Below are positions 1-9,492 of a stretch of DNA of 64,000 bases, piece by piece; position 1 is the stretch's first letter, and every line of letters starts with the position of its first letter. The DNA is from a virus. Below the pieces are notes generated by a model. It was not told where the DNA came from and made no database searches. It was given only the letters and a program-made list of their open reading frames with translations. The translations under genes were made by a program, and so were the position numbers. Location: positions 32,001-96,000 of IMG/VR virus record IMGVR_UViG_3300046779_002065. One strand, written 5' to 3'.

Positions 1-45
1 GAACGAGCGCAACGCGTGAAAAGCGCGCGCAAACCAAAGGTGTAA
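1..45 (+). CDS. 3' end of an upstream gene (partial; ...ERAQRVKSARKPKV*)
   Basis: Frame 1 is open from the window edge to TAA at 43-45, 15 nt before the helicase ATG. Confidence 0.4.
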   Translation, partial: ERAQRVKSARKPKV

Positions 46-60
46 AAGAAAACTGAGCGC

Positions 61-1182
61 ATGGAAACTGGATTAAAACCCGACGTTCGGGAAAGAGTAC
101 AACAAGAAGCATTGGATGCAGTTGCTGCTCGAAGACGAGCGGGACTTAACATCTCCATGGGTGTCGGTAAAACTCTTATCGGACTTAAACACATGAAACA
201 GCACTTGGACCACAATCCAGGTGCTCAGTTTTTAGTGGTAGCTCCAAAGGTTTCTATCTACAACTCCTGGAAAGACGACGCAGTCAAATTCGGTTTATCC
301 GAACTACTGGACTGTATTACATTTACCACGTATCGTTCCCTGGAAAAACAACACCAGAATTATGATGTCGTGTATCTTGACGAATGTCACAGCTTATTGT
401 ATTCCCACCAGCTGTGGTTACAAACTTTTCCCGGCAGGACGTTAGGTCTTACCGGTACTGCTCCCCGTCACTCCAATAGTGAAAAAGGCGAGATGGTGGA
501 TATGTATTGTCCAATCATGTACAATTACATTACCAACAACGCTGTAGATGAGGGAGTACTGAATGATTACAAAATCATCATTCATACCATGGAGCTTTCT
601 AAAAAGAAGAACGTCAACATTTCTACCAAGACTGGTAAAAGCTGGATGACTTCAGAGCGTGAACAGTATGACTACTGGGATCGTAAGATTGCCAATGGAG
701 GTTCATTCCAGGAGATGCAACACGCAAGGATTATGCGTATGCGCGTCCTCATGGATTTCAAGACCAAAGAAACCTACGCTAAAAATCTGATTGATCATAT
801 CAACAACAAGTGTATCATTTTTGCTAACACCCAGGAACAGGCAGACAGACTCTGTCTCTATTCTTACCACAGCAACAATCCACTCAGTGAAAACAACCTG
901 GAAGCGTTTAAGTCCGGGATGATCAAACAGCTTTCCTGTGTACAGCAACTCAATGAAGGTGTCAATATTCCCAATCTCAAGAGCGGGGTTATTATGCACT
1001 CTTACAGCAATGAACGCAAAGCAAACCAGCGTATCGGTCGACTGCTTCGTTTAAACCCCGATGACACCGCTACCATTCACATTTTAATGTACAGTGGTAC
1101 CGTCGATGAACATTGGGTTATGCAAGCATTGGGGGAACTGGATCCAGCAAAGATTCTTTTTAGTGACCCTATCGAATTCTAA
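61..1182 (+). CDS. Superfamily 2 (DExH-box, ResIII/UvsW-like) DNA helicase
   Basis: Motif I MGVGKT, motif II DECH, motif III GLTGT, motif V LNEGVNIP, motif VI QRIGRLLR. Confidence 0.9.
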   Translation: METGLKPDVRERVQQEALDAVAARRRAGLNISMGVGKTLIGLKHMKQHLDHNPGAQFLVVAPKVSIYNSWKDDAVKFGLSELLDCITFTTYRSLEKQHQNYDVVYLDECHSLLYSHQLWLQTFPGRTLGLTGTAPRHSNSEKGEMVDMYCPIMYNYITNNAVDEGVLNDYKIIIHTMELSKKKNVNISTKTGKSWMTSEREQYDYWDRKIANGGSFQEMQHARIMRMRVLMDFKTKETYAKNLIDHINNKCIIFANTQEQADRLCLYSYHSNNPLSENNLEAFKSGMIKQLSCVQQLNEGVNIPNLKSGVIMHSYSNERKANQRIGRLLRLNPDDTATIHILMYSGTVDEHWVMQALGELDPAKILFSDPIEF

Positions 1183-1183
1183 T

Positions 1184-1573
1184 ATGTATTCAATCATCAA
1201 ACGAAAGATGGTGAACGGCAAGCTTGAATTTGCAACCGCTGCAGATCAGGTTCGTTATCAGCGTTTCCTTGCTACTTTAAAAGACGGGGACATTGTCGAA
1301 GAATTCACCGAAGTCTGTGGTAACAATGCCACAGTAGCACAAATTGCACGGATACACGCTATGCTGCGTGAACTCAGTGCATACACCGGTCATGGATTTG
1401 AAGAACTCAAGTCAATGGTCAAAGAACGTACCGGTCTGGTCGTTCACAAAATCGAAGACGAAAAAGAAATCTACGAGTTGAAATCGTTTGCTTACTGCTC
1501 AAGACAAGAACTCTCCCAAGCTATCGATGCGTGCATCCACCTGGGAGAGTTATTTAATTGTCAATTAGCCTGA
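1184..1573 (+). CDS. NinB/YbcN-like recombination-associated protein (start probably 1184, not 1094)
   Basis: ATG lies just after the helicase stop. The pattern QIARIHAMLRELSAYTGHGFEELK...KSFAYCSRQELSQAID resembles NinB-like phage proteins. Confidence 0.5.
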   Translation: MYSIIKRKMVNGKLEFATAADQVRYQRFLATLKDGDIVEEFTEVCGNNATVAQIARIHAMLRELSAYTGHGFEELKSMVKERTGLVVHKIEDEKEIYELKSFAYCSRQELSQAIDACIHLGELFNCQLA

Positions 1574-1875
1574 CTTTGAAATTCACTCAGAACTTCAGTT
1601 AAAGGTACAGTTACGGTGAGGTTTTTCTCTCTTGCAATTTTATCCAATGCCTGACACAAAGATAACAGGGTGTCGTAGTGAAAATGCCATGACGCTGCGT
1701 CAACGTTATTTCCATTTATCGCATCCTGTAATGCTTTGATTTCCTCTTCGGATTTGTCTTGTACCATAAAGGCAAGCATCTTCTGCAATCGACCATAAAA
1801 ACCAGCACCAATTTCTACTGGAATGACCGCATCCTTGCGAATCATTTCCACGGTTTGGGGTTGGGTACTTTCCAT
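1561..1875 (-). CDS. Hypothetical protein (104 aa), the only minus-strand gene in the replication cluster
   Basis: Fills the gap between two plus-strand genes; natural protein composition. Confidence 0.65.
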   Translation of the reverse strand: MESTQPQTVEMIRKDAVIPVEIGAGFYGRLQKMLAFMVQDKSEEEIKALQDAINGNNVDAASWHFHYDTLLSLCQALDKIAREKNLTVTVPLTEVLSEFQSQAN

Positions 1876-1914
1876 AAGTGAAAATTGGACGCTCGAATTT
1901 AATGCAAAAATCTA

Positions 1915-2658
1915 ATGACAAACACATTATCTACAGAAATTCTACAAAAAACCGATGAAATAATTCTAAAACTCCAGGAGCGATTGAAACCTACGGGTTG
2001 GTATCACCGTTTGGTAACCTTGCTCAATGGTCCTGAATTTAAACAAATCATCGAAACGCTTGTCGCCAGTTCTTACGACGGCAAACGTTTTACTCCAGTG
2101 ATTAAAGATCTTTTTCGCGCTTTCGAACTTACTCCGTACAACAAGCTGCGGATTGTTTTTGTTGGGCAAGATCCCTATCCACAGATTGGAGTTGCTAACG
2201 GTGTTGCTTTCTGCAATGCCAACAAACCTGACAACAAGATGGAAGCGTCGCTTCGCTACATTTCCGAAGCAGTACACCGAACGGTGTATGAATCTGAGGA
2301 ACAGACGGTTCTCTCCAATGACCTCTCCCGCTGGTGCAACCAGGGTATTTTAATGTTGAATACTGCGTTGACAACTGAGGTAGGTCAAATCGGCGTACAC
2401 CAACCACTGTGGAAGCCGTTCACACAATATGTAATCGATACGATTGCACATTCCAATTCGGGTCTTATATGGGTGTTTATGGGTAAATCAGCACAGCAAT
2501 TTGCTGACCTGGTTCCAGATAACGCTCATCATAAGCTGTTCGTTTCACATCCTGCAAGTGCTGCTTATACCAAGCAAAAGCAATGGGACTGCAAGGATAT
2601 GTTCAACCAGATAAACACTATTCTTCATGCTATGAATGGGGATAAAATAGTGTGGTAA
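1915..2658 (+). CDS. ung: Uracil-DNA glycosylase, family 1
   Basis: VGQDPYP catalytic loop, GVAF, LSRWCNQGILMLNTALT, WVFMG, SHPAS. Confidence 0.92.
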   Translation: MTNTLSTEILQKTDEIILKLQERLKPTGWYHRLVTLLNGPEFKQIIETLVASSYDGKRFTPVIKDLFRAFELTPYNKLRIVFVGQDPYPQIGVANGVAFCNANKPDNKMEASLRYISEAVHRTVYESEEQTVLSNDLSRWCNQGILMLNTALTTEVGQIGVHQPLWKPFTQYVIDTIAHSNSGLIWVFMGKSAQQFADLVPDNAHHKLFVSHPASAAYTKQKQWDCKDMFNQINTILHAMNGDKIVW

Positions 2659-2670
2659 ATTCTACAAAAA

Positions 2671-2702
2671 CTTGCAAAATTCTGTAGAACTTATTAAATT
2701 TA
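2671..2702 (+). promoter_or_regulatory. Bacteroidota-type promoter for the dnaB operon
   Basis: CTTG (2671-2674), 20-nt spacer, TAAATTTA (2695-2702): one mismatch in each box versus TTTG-N19-21-TAnnTTTG, in the intergenic gap. Confidence 0.5.
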
Positions 2703-2718
2703 CCGTCCCAAAAAAATT

Positions 2719-3705
2719 ATGAGTGACGGTAAATCAGTTGGATCAACAACTCCCTGGAAACATATTTCTCAGGTGTATCAGGAGGGTTTGGACTACATGG
2801 TTGACCGTAAAAAGGGAACTATTAAGTCTATTGAAACTCCATGGGAACGCTTCAATGACGCAGGTATGGGTGGTATCGAGTGGAACACGATTACAGTGAT
2901 TGCAGCTCGCCCTGCCGCAGGTAAAACATTGCTGACTTCACAGATCACCCGGGAAGCACACTATCGCAATCCTACACAAGACTTTGCCGTCCTGGACTTT
3001 CAGTTCGAGATGCTTGGTCGAACTATGGCAATGCGTGAGTTCAGTGCACATCTGGGTAAGACCATGAAGCAGATTGCCAGTGCAGATAAGATGTATGGTC
3101 CCGTGTTAAACGAGGACATTGAAGCAGCTTACAAGTACTGCAAGGCAAATGAGAACCGCCAGATCTATGTTGTTGACAAACCCGTGACTGTCGAAGATTT
3201 TAAACGAACCGTACGACAGTTCTGTAAACACATTGGCAAACCTGTACTGGTCACTGTTGACCACTCAGTACTCTTCCGAAAAAATGCTTCGGAGAAAGAC
3301 AAATTCGAGATGCTTTACAATTTAGGCGAAGCACTCACCGAACTAAAGAAAGAGCTTGCAGTGACCTTCATTGTACTTTCTCAGTTGAATCGTGATGTCC
3401 AGGACAAAGACCGCTTGAAAGAGGGTACAGCTGGAAACTACTTAAAAGACACAGACATTTTTGGTGCAGACGCATTGTTACAACATGCCGACCTGGTCGT
3501 AGGACTTAATCGTCCCTACAACCTGCACTTACCTGTTTATGGTCCGGAGCAGTACATCATGACTCCTAACACGTTGGTGATGCATTTTCTCAAAGTTCGT
3601 AACGGTGACCCTCGTATTAGCTTTTTTGAAGCGCAGTTTGACAAAATGAGGATCGTTGAAACCGAACCTCCTCCTACTAAAAAATCAACGTTTTCTTCTA
3701 AGTAA
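2719..3705 (+). CDS. dnaB: DnaB-like replicative helicase (C-terminal RecA-like domain only)
   Basis: Walker A AARPAAGKT, FQFEM, VTVDH, LSQLNR, ADLVV, KVRNG. Confidence 0.9.
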   Translation: MSDGKSVGSTTPWKHISQVYQEGLDYMVDRKKGTIKSIETPWERFNDAGMGGIEWNTITVIAARPAAGKTLLTSQITREAHYRNPTQDFAVLDFQFEMLGRTMAMREFSAHLGKTMKQIASADKMYGPVLNEDIEAAYKYCKANENRQIYVVDKPVTVEDFKRTVRQFCKHIGKPVLVTVDHSVLFRKNASEKDKFEMLYNLGEALTELKKELAVTFIVLSQLNRDVQDKDRLKEGTAGNYLKDTDIFGADALLQHADLVVGLNRPYNLHLPVYGPEQYIMTPNTLVMHFLKVRNGDPRISFFEAQFDKMRIVETEPPPTKKSTFSSK

Positions 3706-3713
3706 GCTATTAA

Positions 3714-4328
3714 ATGACACCATCAAAAGTAAATGTAACTCCTGAGTTACGTCAAAACCTGTTGGCGGAAAGTGAGAAGCTTTTCACTGACACCTATACC
3801 AAACTTGGTATAGTAAAACCCTACCATGTTCAAAAGGTTTGTTATAAACCCAAGGACAAAATCGAACGCATTATCCGGATGTTTCCAAGTGAACTTACCC
3901 GTGGTGATGTTTACATCGAGCTGGTAGATTTCGAATATAACCCGCTGTTTACCCCACGCCGGTTATACAAACTGACACACCGTGGCGACTTTGCCACCGC
4001 TTATGAAAGTGTCGAAGGTGCCTCTGGACAGAGTTACATCGTTCCTTTCAGTGCATTGAGTCTTATCATAGACTTAGGTGCAATTGTTCCATCTACTCCT
4101 GCTCCTTGGGATACCCCCCGCTTCACTTCTTCAGCAGAACCTTCTCCGAGTGAGACGTTGCTTGATAGTGAAGAAGAGGAAATTGGTGAAGTAGATGCAC
4201 ACTACAACACAATGACAATTCGCGATCATTACTGCATTACGCATAATGTACCGTTATCACAAAAACAGTGGTTAAACAAACTAATTAAAGAAGGTATCCA
4301 ATGGCAACAGAAATTAAATCAAAAGTAA
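3714..4328 (+). CDS. Hypothetical protein
   Basis: 204-aa ORF tightly packed in the operon. Confidence 0.7.
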   Translation: MTPSKVNVTPELRQNLLAESEKLFTDTYTKLGIVKPYHVQKVCYKPKDKIERIIRMFPSELTRGDVYIELVDFEYNPLFTPRRLYKLTHRGDFATAYESVEGASGQSYIVPFSALSLIIDLGAIVPSTPAPWDTPRFTSSAEPSPSETLLDSEEEEIGEVDAHYNTMTIRDHYCITHNVPLSQKQWLNKLIKEGIQWQQKLNQK

Positions 4329-5122
4329 GTCCTGAAGCTGCAGTAGCAGCACCAGAAGTAGAAATTCCAGCAAAGAAATTTGTACTACCAACAGCTCCAG
4401 TAAAAGCGGTGAGACAATCACCAAAGAACCTGATCATCTTCTCTAAACCGAAGGTGGGTAAGACCAGCTTGCTGGCAGCATTACCAAACTGTTTGATTCT
4501 TGACTTAGAGTCAGGTTCAGACTATTTGGATGCACTGAAGATCAAAGCATCTTCTATTGATGACATTCGTGAAATCGGTCGTGAAATCAAAGCAGCTGGT
4601 TGTCCATACACATTTATCGCACTGGATACCATTACCGCACTGGAAGACATGTGTGTTCCATACGCTGAGCAGTTGTATGCTGCAACGCCAATGGGTAAAA
4701 CCTGGTTCACAGAAGGTAAACTCAAGTATGGTAGTCTTTTAAATATGCCTAACGGTGCCGGTTATCCCTGGTTACGTCAGGCGTTTACCAAAGTAGTTGA
4801 CTTTGTAAAGACGCTTGCTCCTCATGTGATCTTGGTTGGTCATATCAAGGATACCCTCCTGGAGAAGAACGGTGCGGAATTTACCGCCATGGATCTTGAC
4901 CTGACTGGTAAACTAAAGCGTATCAGTTCTTCCAACTCCGATGCTATCGGTTATTTATATCGTAAGGGTGACCAAAACATCCTTTCCTTCAAAACTACTG
5001 ACGAAGTCGCTTGTGGTGCTCGCCCAGAACACTTGCGTAACAAAGAGATTGTGATCTCTGAAATGACCGAAGAAGGTCTTAAAACTCACTGGGAAGAAAT
5101 TTATGTAGAACTATCAAAATAA
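4301..5122 (+). CDS. AAA_24/Sak4-like P-loop ATPase
   Basis: FSKPKVGKT Walker A, LILDLESG, IALDTIT, ILVGH, DAIGYL; position between DnaB and SSB as in crAss-like phages. Confidence 0.8.
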   Translation: MATEIKSKVSPEAAVAAPEVEIPAKKFVLPTAPVKAVRQSPKNLIIFSKPKVGKTSLLAALPNCLILDLESGSDYLDALKIKASSIDDIREIGREIKAAGCPYTFIALDTITALEDMCVPYAEQLYAATPMGKTWFTEGKLKYGSLLNMPNGAGYPWLRQAFTKVVDFVKTLAPHVILVGHIKDTLLEKNGAEFTAMDLDLTGKLKRISSSNSDAIGYLYRKGDQNILSFKTTDEVACGARPEHLRNKEIVISEMTEEGLKTHWEEIYVELSK

Positions 5123-5142
5123 TAAGCAAACAATAAAATATC

Positions 5143-5865
5143 ATGTTTAACTCAAAAGACGTAAAAACCACTGGCGGTATCGCTAAAGTTATCAATCCTG
5201 GAACAGCTCAGGTTCACTTACTTGACATCATTCTTGAACAACCAAGTTTTGGAAATGGTGCGTATCAAATTCAACTGCAAATGGAAACCTCTCCGATTAT
5301 GGATGAGACATTTGTAGGTTTACCTATTGACAAAATGGACCCTTCAAAGGGTAATTATAAAGGTCAGGCTGCACGTGTGAAGTCTCAACCTTATTTGTTT
5401 ACTGATTATGAGTACAACGGAAACGTGACTCCTAAAGAGCAACAGGTGTTCCGCTACTTGATCAAACTTGCTGACAACATCGGCAAACGTGAGTTGCTTG
5501 ACAAAGTGCAGGCAAGCACAATTGAAGAGTATGTTGCTAAAGCAAGAGTGGTACTTTGTGATCCGAACAATTGGTTCTATGCAACCATCGGCGGTGAGGA
5601 GTATGACAACACCGGCAGCGACGGAAAAGTGTACACCAGCTATCGCCTGGTGATTCCTAAAACCAAAGGTAAGGAGACTGCTTTCACGTTGAACCCCGAA
5701 GATCCAAACTTCGTAAAGTTCAACCCTGAACTGCACATCAAGAAAAAGAAGGTAGCTGAAGCCGTAGCAGGTTTTGGTAATACAGAAACCGATCCATTCA
5801 TGGCGGCAGCACCTGCTACTAGTGGTGGAGTAGCTAATCCTTTTGCTTCAGACTTAGATTTATAA
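5143..5865 (+). CDS. Putative single-stranded DNA-binding protein
   Basis: Beta-rich body, flexible Ala/Pro tail ending in acidic NPFASDLDL; follows a Sak4-like ATPase and is followed by a terminator. Confidence 0.55.
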   Translation: MFNSKDVKTTGGIAKVINPGTAQVHLLDIILEQPSFGNGAYQIQLQMETSPIMDETFVGLPIDKMDPSKGNYKGQAARVKSQPYLFTDYEYNGNVTPKEQQVFRYLIKLADNIGKRELLDKVQASTIEEYVAKARVVLCDPNNWFYATIGGEEYDNTGSDGKVYTSYRLVIPKTKGKETAFTLNPEDPNFVKFNPELHIKKKKVAEAVAGFGNTETDPFMAAAPATSGGVANPFASDLDL

Positions 5866-5871
5866 TTATTG

Positions 5872-5901
5872 AAACGGGGGAGGTAACACTCCCCTGTTTT
5901 T
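5872..5901 (+). terminator. Rho-independent terminator
   Basis: aaacgggggag-gtaaca-ctcccctgttttt hairpin with T-tract. Confidence 0.8.
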
Positions 5902-5907
5902 ATTACT

Positions 5908-6921
5908 ATGTTTTGCAGTAAAGATTTATCCGAATCAGTTAAAGACGTCCCAAGCGCGTGGATCTTTGAGACCTATCTTGGACTCGGTGAAACACTCACC
6001 GGTCAGAGTGTAAAGATCAAGAGCGCGTTTAATCCCAAAGACAGTAACCCATCCATGCACATTTTCTTTTCACTGAAGCTCAACCAATATTGGTTCCAGG
6101 ATTTCTCCAGTGGATACAAGGGTAGTGCCATGGACATGGTGATGAAACTATGGAACATGGACTTTGGTCCTGCCGCACAACGGGTGTTAAGTGATTACGC
6201 CAAGTTTAAACTTAAAGGTGGTAACGCTCATCGGGACATTAAACCCGTTGCACCCTGGCAGATCAATCACGTGCGCACGCGTGGTTGGAACGTTGATGAC
6301 GCCAGTTATTGGGGTCAGTTTCAAATCAGTAGCAAGATGCTGGAACACTACCGGGTAGTTCCCATTCAAAGCTACAACATGACTAAGAATGAAGATGGTA
6401 ACATCTCCTCATTTACTGTATCAAACAAATGTATCTACGGGTATTACTCCCAGGATGGTACGCTTTGCAAAGTGTATCAACCCCTCAACCCAGATCGCAA
6501 GTTCATGAAAGTCGCTGACTACCTGCAAGGTTCAGATCAGATGACATACAAGAAACCCTACCTGGTTATCTGCGCTTCGCTCAAAGATGCAATGTGTCTG
6601 CGCTCCATGAAAATGGAACTGGACGTGGTAGCTCCTGACAGTGAAAACGTATTGATTTCCAAAGAGGTCATTGAGATCTGGAAAGAAAGCTACGAGGTGA
6701 TTGTCACCTTGTTTGACAACGATGCTGCAGGCATTAAGAACATGAAAGCGTACAAGCAGAAGTATGACATTCCCTTTGCCTGGTTGCAAATGGAAAAGGA
6801 CCTTGCAGATGCTGTAAAAGCACATGGTCTACTGACTGTACGCAACAGGGTTGCACCTATCATTATGCGACAAATTGAAAACGTACGCGCTGCCCTGGCA
6901 GAATCGTCCACTATTCTCTGA
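5908..6921 (+). CDS. DnaG-like primase (Toprim), crAss-type
   Basis: N-terminal zinc-ribbon-like SAFNPKDSNPS...FQDFSSG; Toprim-like ICASLKDAM and LFDNDAAG; KDLADAV. Confidence 0.8.
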   Translation: MFCSKDLSESVKDVPSAWIFETYLGLGETLTGQSVKIKSAFNPKDSNPSMHIFFSLKLNQYWFQDFSSGYKGSAMDMVMKLWNMDFGPAAQRVLSDYAKFKLKGGNAHRDIKPVAPWQINHVRTRGWNVDDASYWGQFQISSKMLEHYRVVPIQSYNMTKNEDGNISSFTVSNKCIYGYYSQDGTLCKVYQPLNPDRKFMKVADYLQGSDQMTYKKPYLVICASLKDAMCLRSMKMELDVVAPDSENVLISKEVIEIWKESYEVIVTLFDNDAAGIKNMKAYKQKYDIPFAWLQMEKDLADAVKAHGLLTVRNRVAPIIMRQIENVRAALAESSTIL

Positions 6922-6926
6922 CAACT

Positions 6927-7382
6927 ATGAAACTACTGTTTATACCCGGAAGTGTTCCTTCTTCAAAGAACAGCCGGATGATGACCAAAAACAACGGATT
7001 TATTGCAAGTAAAGCGACTCAAAAGTATCGCAAGACAACTCCTTGGTATTTCAAAATGCACAAGCAGGATTTCTTGAAGATGCTGGAGGGTAAAGAAAAA
7101 CCCTACGTGGTTGGTATGCACTTCGTACGTGGTACCAGGCATGCATGGGACTTCAACAATCCTTGTCAGACCATCCAGGATGAGATGGTCAAGAATGGGT
7201 ACCTCACCGACGACAACGTCTTTGAGATGATTCCCGTTCCACTCAACATCAACGGTCGATTCTGGACCTTAAACAAAGAACAAGCAGGTGTCTACATCAC
7301 TGTCCTGGACAGTATGTGCGACAACCATTTCACTTTAGAAGAATTAAAACACAATGGCACTATTGAAAAAGACCCCGGTTGA
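6927..7382 (+). CDS. RusA-like Holliday junction resolvase
   Basis: IPGSVPSSKNS N-terminus; WDFNN...IQDEMVKNGYLTDDN acidic motifs. Confidence 0.65.
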   Translation: MKLLFIPGSVPSSKNSRMMTKNNGFIASKATQKYRKTTPWYFKMHKQDFLKMLEGKEKPYVVGMHFVRGTRHAWDFNNPCQTIQDEMVKNGYLTDDNVFEMIPVPLNINGRFWTLNKEQAGVYITVLDSMCDNHFTLEELKHNGTIEKDPG

Positions 7383-8406
7383 AATTCCGGATGCGAAATT
7401 TATGCGTGAGAAAGAAGAAGAATTTTTTAGTTCAAAGTTCTTTTTATCCTACTCCGGACTTAATAAGTTGTTATACAGTCCCACGTTATTTTACAGTCAC
7501 TATATCCTCAAGCAACGAGATATCGATGACAACAAAGGATTGGAAGGCAGACTTATCCATTGTCAATTACTTACCCCGGAACGTTTCAGTGAGCAGTTTG
7601 TGCTTGCCCAGGACGGTATCATTTCTGGTAAAGGTAAGATGGTCCTGGATCTACTGTATGCTCAACAGAGCTTCACCATTGAAGGTGCAGAAGAACCAAC
7701 CAAACCCAATTTAGAAGACCTCAGAGCGGAGATTATCTCGTTCATGAACGATGCAGAATACTACCAGAAAATCATTGATGAGGACAAGCGTTTTAACAAA
7801 ATGCTGAGTCCTGAAGCAATGCAATACTGGGATCACTTGTGGAATGCACGTGGTAAAAGTCTGGTCAGTCCTGAAATGATGATGAGTGTTGCAACCATGG
7901 TTCACATGATCCGTTCAAACGGGTACATCATGGAACTAATGGGTGAGAATTATCAGCAGTCCTTTGAAGGTGTTGATAAATACAACGAGATTCATCTGAT
8001 GAGTCCTGATGGTCGTAAAAGCTTCGGATTACAAGGTGTTCTTGACAACCTGGTAATTGACCATGGTAAGAAAGTAGTACGTATCAATGACCTTAAAACG
8101 ACGTCTAAGGACATCACCAAGTTCAAAGAAAGCATTGAATACTACAACTACCTCGTACAAGCAGCTATGTACAAAAAACTGGTAATGGGTTTACCACAAG
8201 TACAAAGCAATGGGTATGCTATTGAATTTCGTTTTATCGTTGTAGATCCATACATGCAGGTGAAGTCTTTTAAAGTAAAAGATGAAACCATGGACCAGGG
8301 TATGCAACTTCTTGAGGAAAAGCTTGACGAGTGTCAGTGGCACTTCGACAACAGAAGGTTTGACCTTCCGTACGAGTACGCCTTGGAAAATGATTACGAA
8401 ATTTAA
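7354..8406 (+). CDS. PD-(D/E)XK exonuclease (RecE/DUF3799-like)
   Basis: LSYSGL, GRLIH, GVLDNL...INDLKTT, YLVQAAMY. Confidence 0.8.
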   Translation: MALLKKTPVEIPDAKFMREKEEEFFSSKFFLSYSGLNKLLYSPTLFYSHYILKQRDIDDNKGLEGRLIHCQLLTPERFSEQFVLAQDGIISGKGKMVLDLLYAQQSFTIEGAEEPTKPNLEDLRAEIISFMNDAEYYQKIIDEDKRFNKMLSPEAMQYWDHLWNARGKSLVSPEMMMSVATMVHMIRSNGYIMELMGENYQQSFEGVDKYNEIHLMSPDGRKSFGLQGVLDNLVIDHGKKVVRINDLKTTSKDITKFKESIEYYNYLVQAAMYKKLVMGLPQVQSNGYAIEFRFIVVDPYMQVKSFKVKDETMDQGMQLLEEKLDECQWHFDNRRFDLPYEYALENDYEI

Positions 8407-8416
8407 TAACTCCTTT

Positions 8417-9049
8417 ATGATTCTAAACCGCTTATATACCCGTTACTTTCAAAAGTCAAAGTCCTTTTTGTATCCCATGCTGGGGTTCAAGAGGTCGATG
8501 CCTTTCCCTCCACGTCAGTCTTATCTTGCCTGGAAAAACTTCTACGTTCCAGGAGATTGTAAACTGATGGTAAGTTTTGACTTATATCTTGAAACTCCCG
8601 AATGGAAGAAATTCCTGGAAGATGAAATCTACACCCACGAGATGTTCAGTGAGCACATTGCTTCTACGGAACATTTCATTATGTCGGACGGTACCCCTGC
8701 TAAGCGCATGGTGGACGTCATCGTTTTTGACATGCAGTTTCACCGGGAGGATTTTGAGAAAATCATCAAGGGTCAGTACTCGTTAACATCTTCGCAACTC
8801 AAGAATATGGTCCGTTCCTATTATGGATACCATACCCCGGAGTGGGCGCACATGGAATCGTTCCTGTATCCGGAAAAGTATTACAGTCAATACGCTAAAA
8901 TCCTCGATGTTGAGGAGGAATTACTCAAGCAAGGTGTAGAACTTTGCGAGAGTCCAGCTATTGATAAAGAGACTTTTACAGGAGAAAGAGACGATAACTT
9001 AGAGAATTTACCCGGAAATTTTGTAGATTTGAACAATCAATTAGAATAA
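8417..9049 (+). CDS. Hypothetical protein (start probably 8417)
   Basis: In-frame ATG 10 nt after the exonuclease stop; begins MILNRLYTRYFQKSKSFLYPMLG. Confidence 0.7.
   Translation: MILNRLYTRYFQKSKSFLYPMLGFKRSMPFPPRQSYLAWKNFYVPGDCKLMVSFDLYLETPEWKKFLEDEIYTHEMFSEHIASTEHFIMSDGTPAKRMVDVIVFDMQFHREDFEKIIKGQYSLTSSQLKNMVRSYYGYHTPEWAHMESFLYPEKYYSQYAKILDVEEELLKQGVELCESPAIDKETFTGERDDNLENLPGNFVDLNNQLE
9024..9031 (+). promoter_or_regulatory. Bacteroidota -7 box upstream of the 9055 gene
   Basis: TAGATTTG matches TAnnTTTG, 23 nt before the ATG; the gene has its own terminator. Confidence 0.4.
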
Positions 9050-9054
9050 CCAAC

Positions 9055-9429
9055 ATGTCTTCTGAAAAATCAATGATGCTGATCACATCAAGCTGGAATG
9101 AAAAACCCAGTTTCCGTATGATCCCTGTGGAAACTTCTTGTCCTTACAACGAAGTTATCTATGACACTGAATTGAAAGCTCTTGCTATCGTTTCCAAAGA
9201 AAAGAAGGATACGTTCCAGTTCCTTCCAAAACTTGACCAGAACGGTGACTTGGTACCATTGCGTAAACCAGGTGCTAACGGTCGTCGTTTTGCTGAAGAG
9301 CGTAAGTTAGTAGAAACCTATTACGAATATTTCGTAACAGATGCTGCTGAAGTAGAAGCTTTCATTCAACGTTTTGCATTAAACGCTGAAAAGTTTGACT
9401 ATAAAGCGTTGTTAGTAGTTGTAGAATAA
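9055..9429 (+). CDS. Hypothetical protein
   Basis: 124-aa ORF between a putative promoter and a terminator. Confidence 0.75.
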   Translation: MSSEKSMMLITSSWNEKPSFRMIPVETSCPYNEVIYDTELKALAIVSKEKKDTFQFLPKLDQNGDLVPLRKPGANGRRFAEERKLVETYYEYFVTDAAEVEAFIQRFALNAEKFDYKALLVVVE

Positions 9430-9450
9430 CAACTATCCACACCAACCGAG

Positions 9451-9479
9451 AAAGGGGAATCATAAGTTCCCCTTTTTTT
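9451..9479 (+). terminator. Rho-independent terminator
   Basis: aaaggggaat-cataa-gttcccctttttttc hairpin with T-tract. Confidence 0.8.
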
Positions 9480-9492
9480 CACTCTACCCGCC

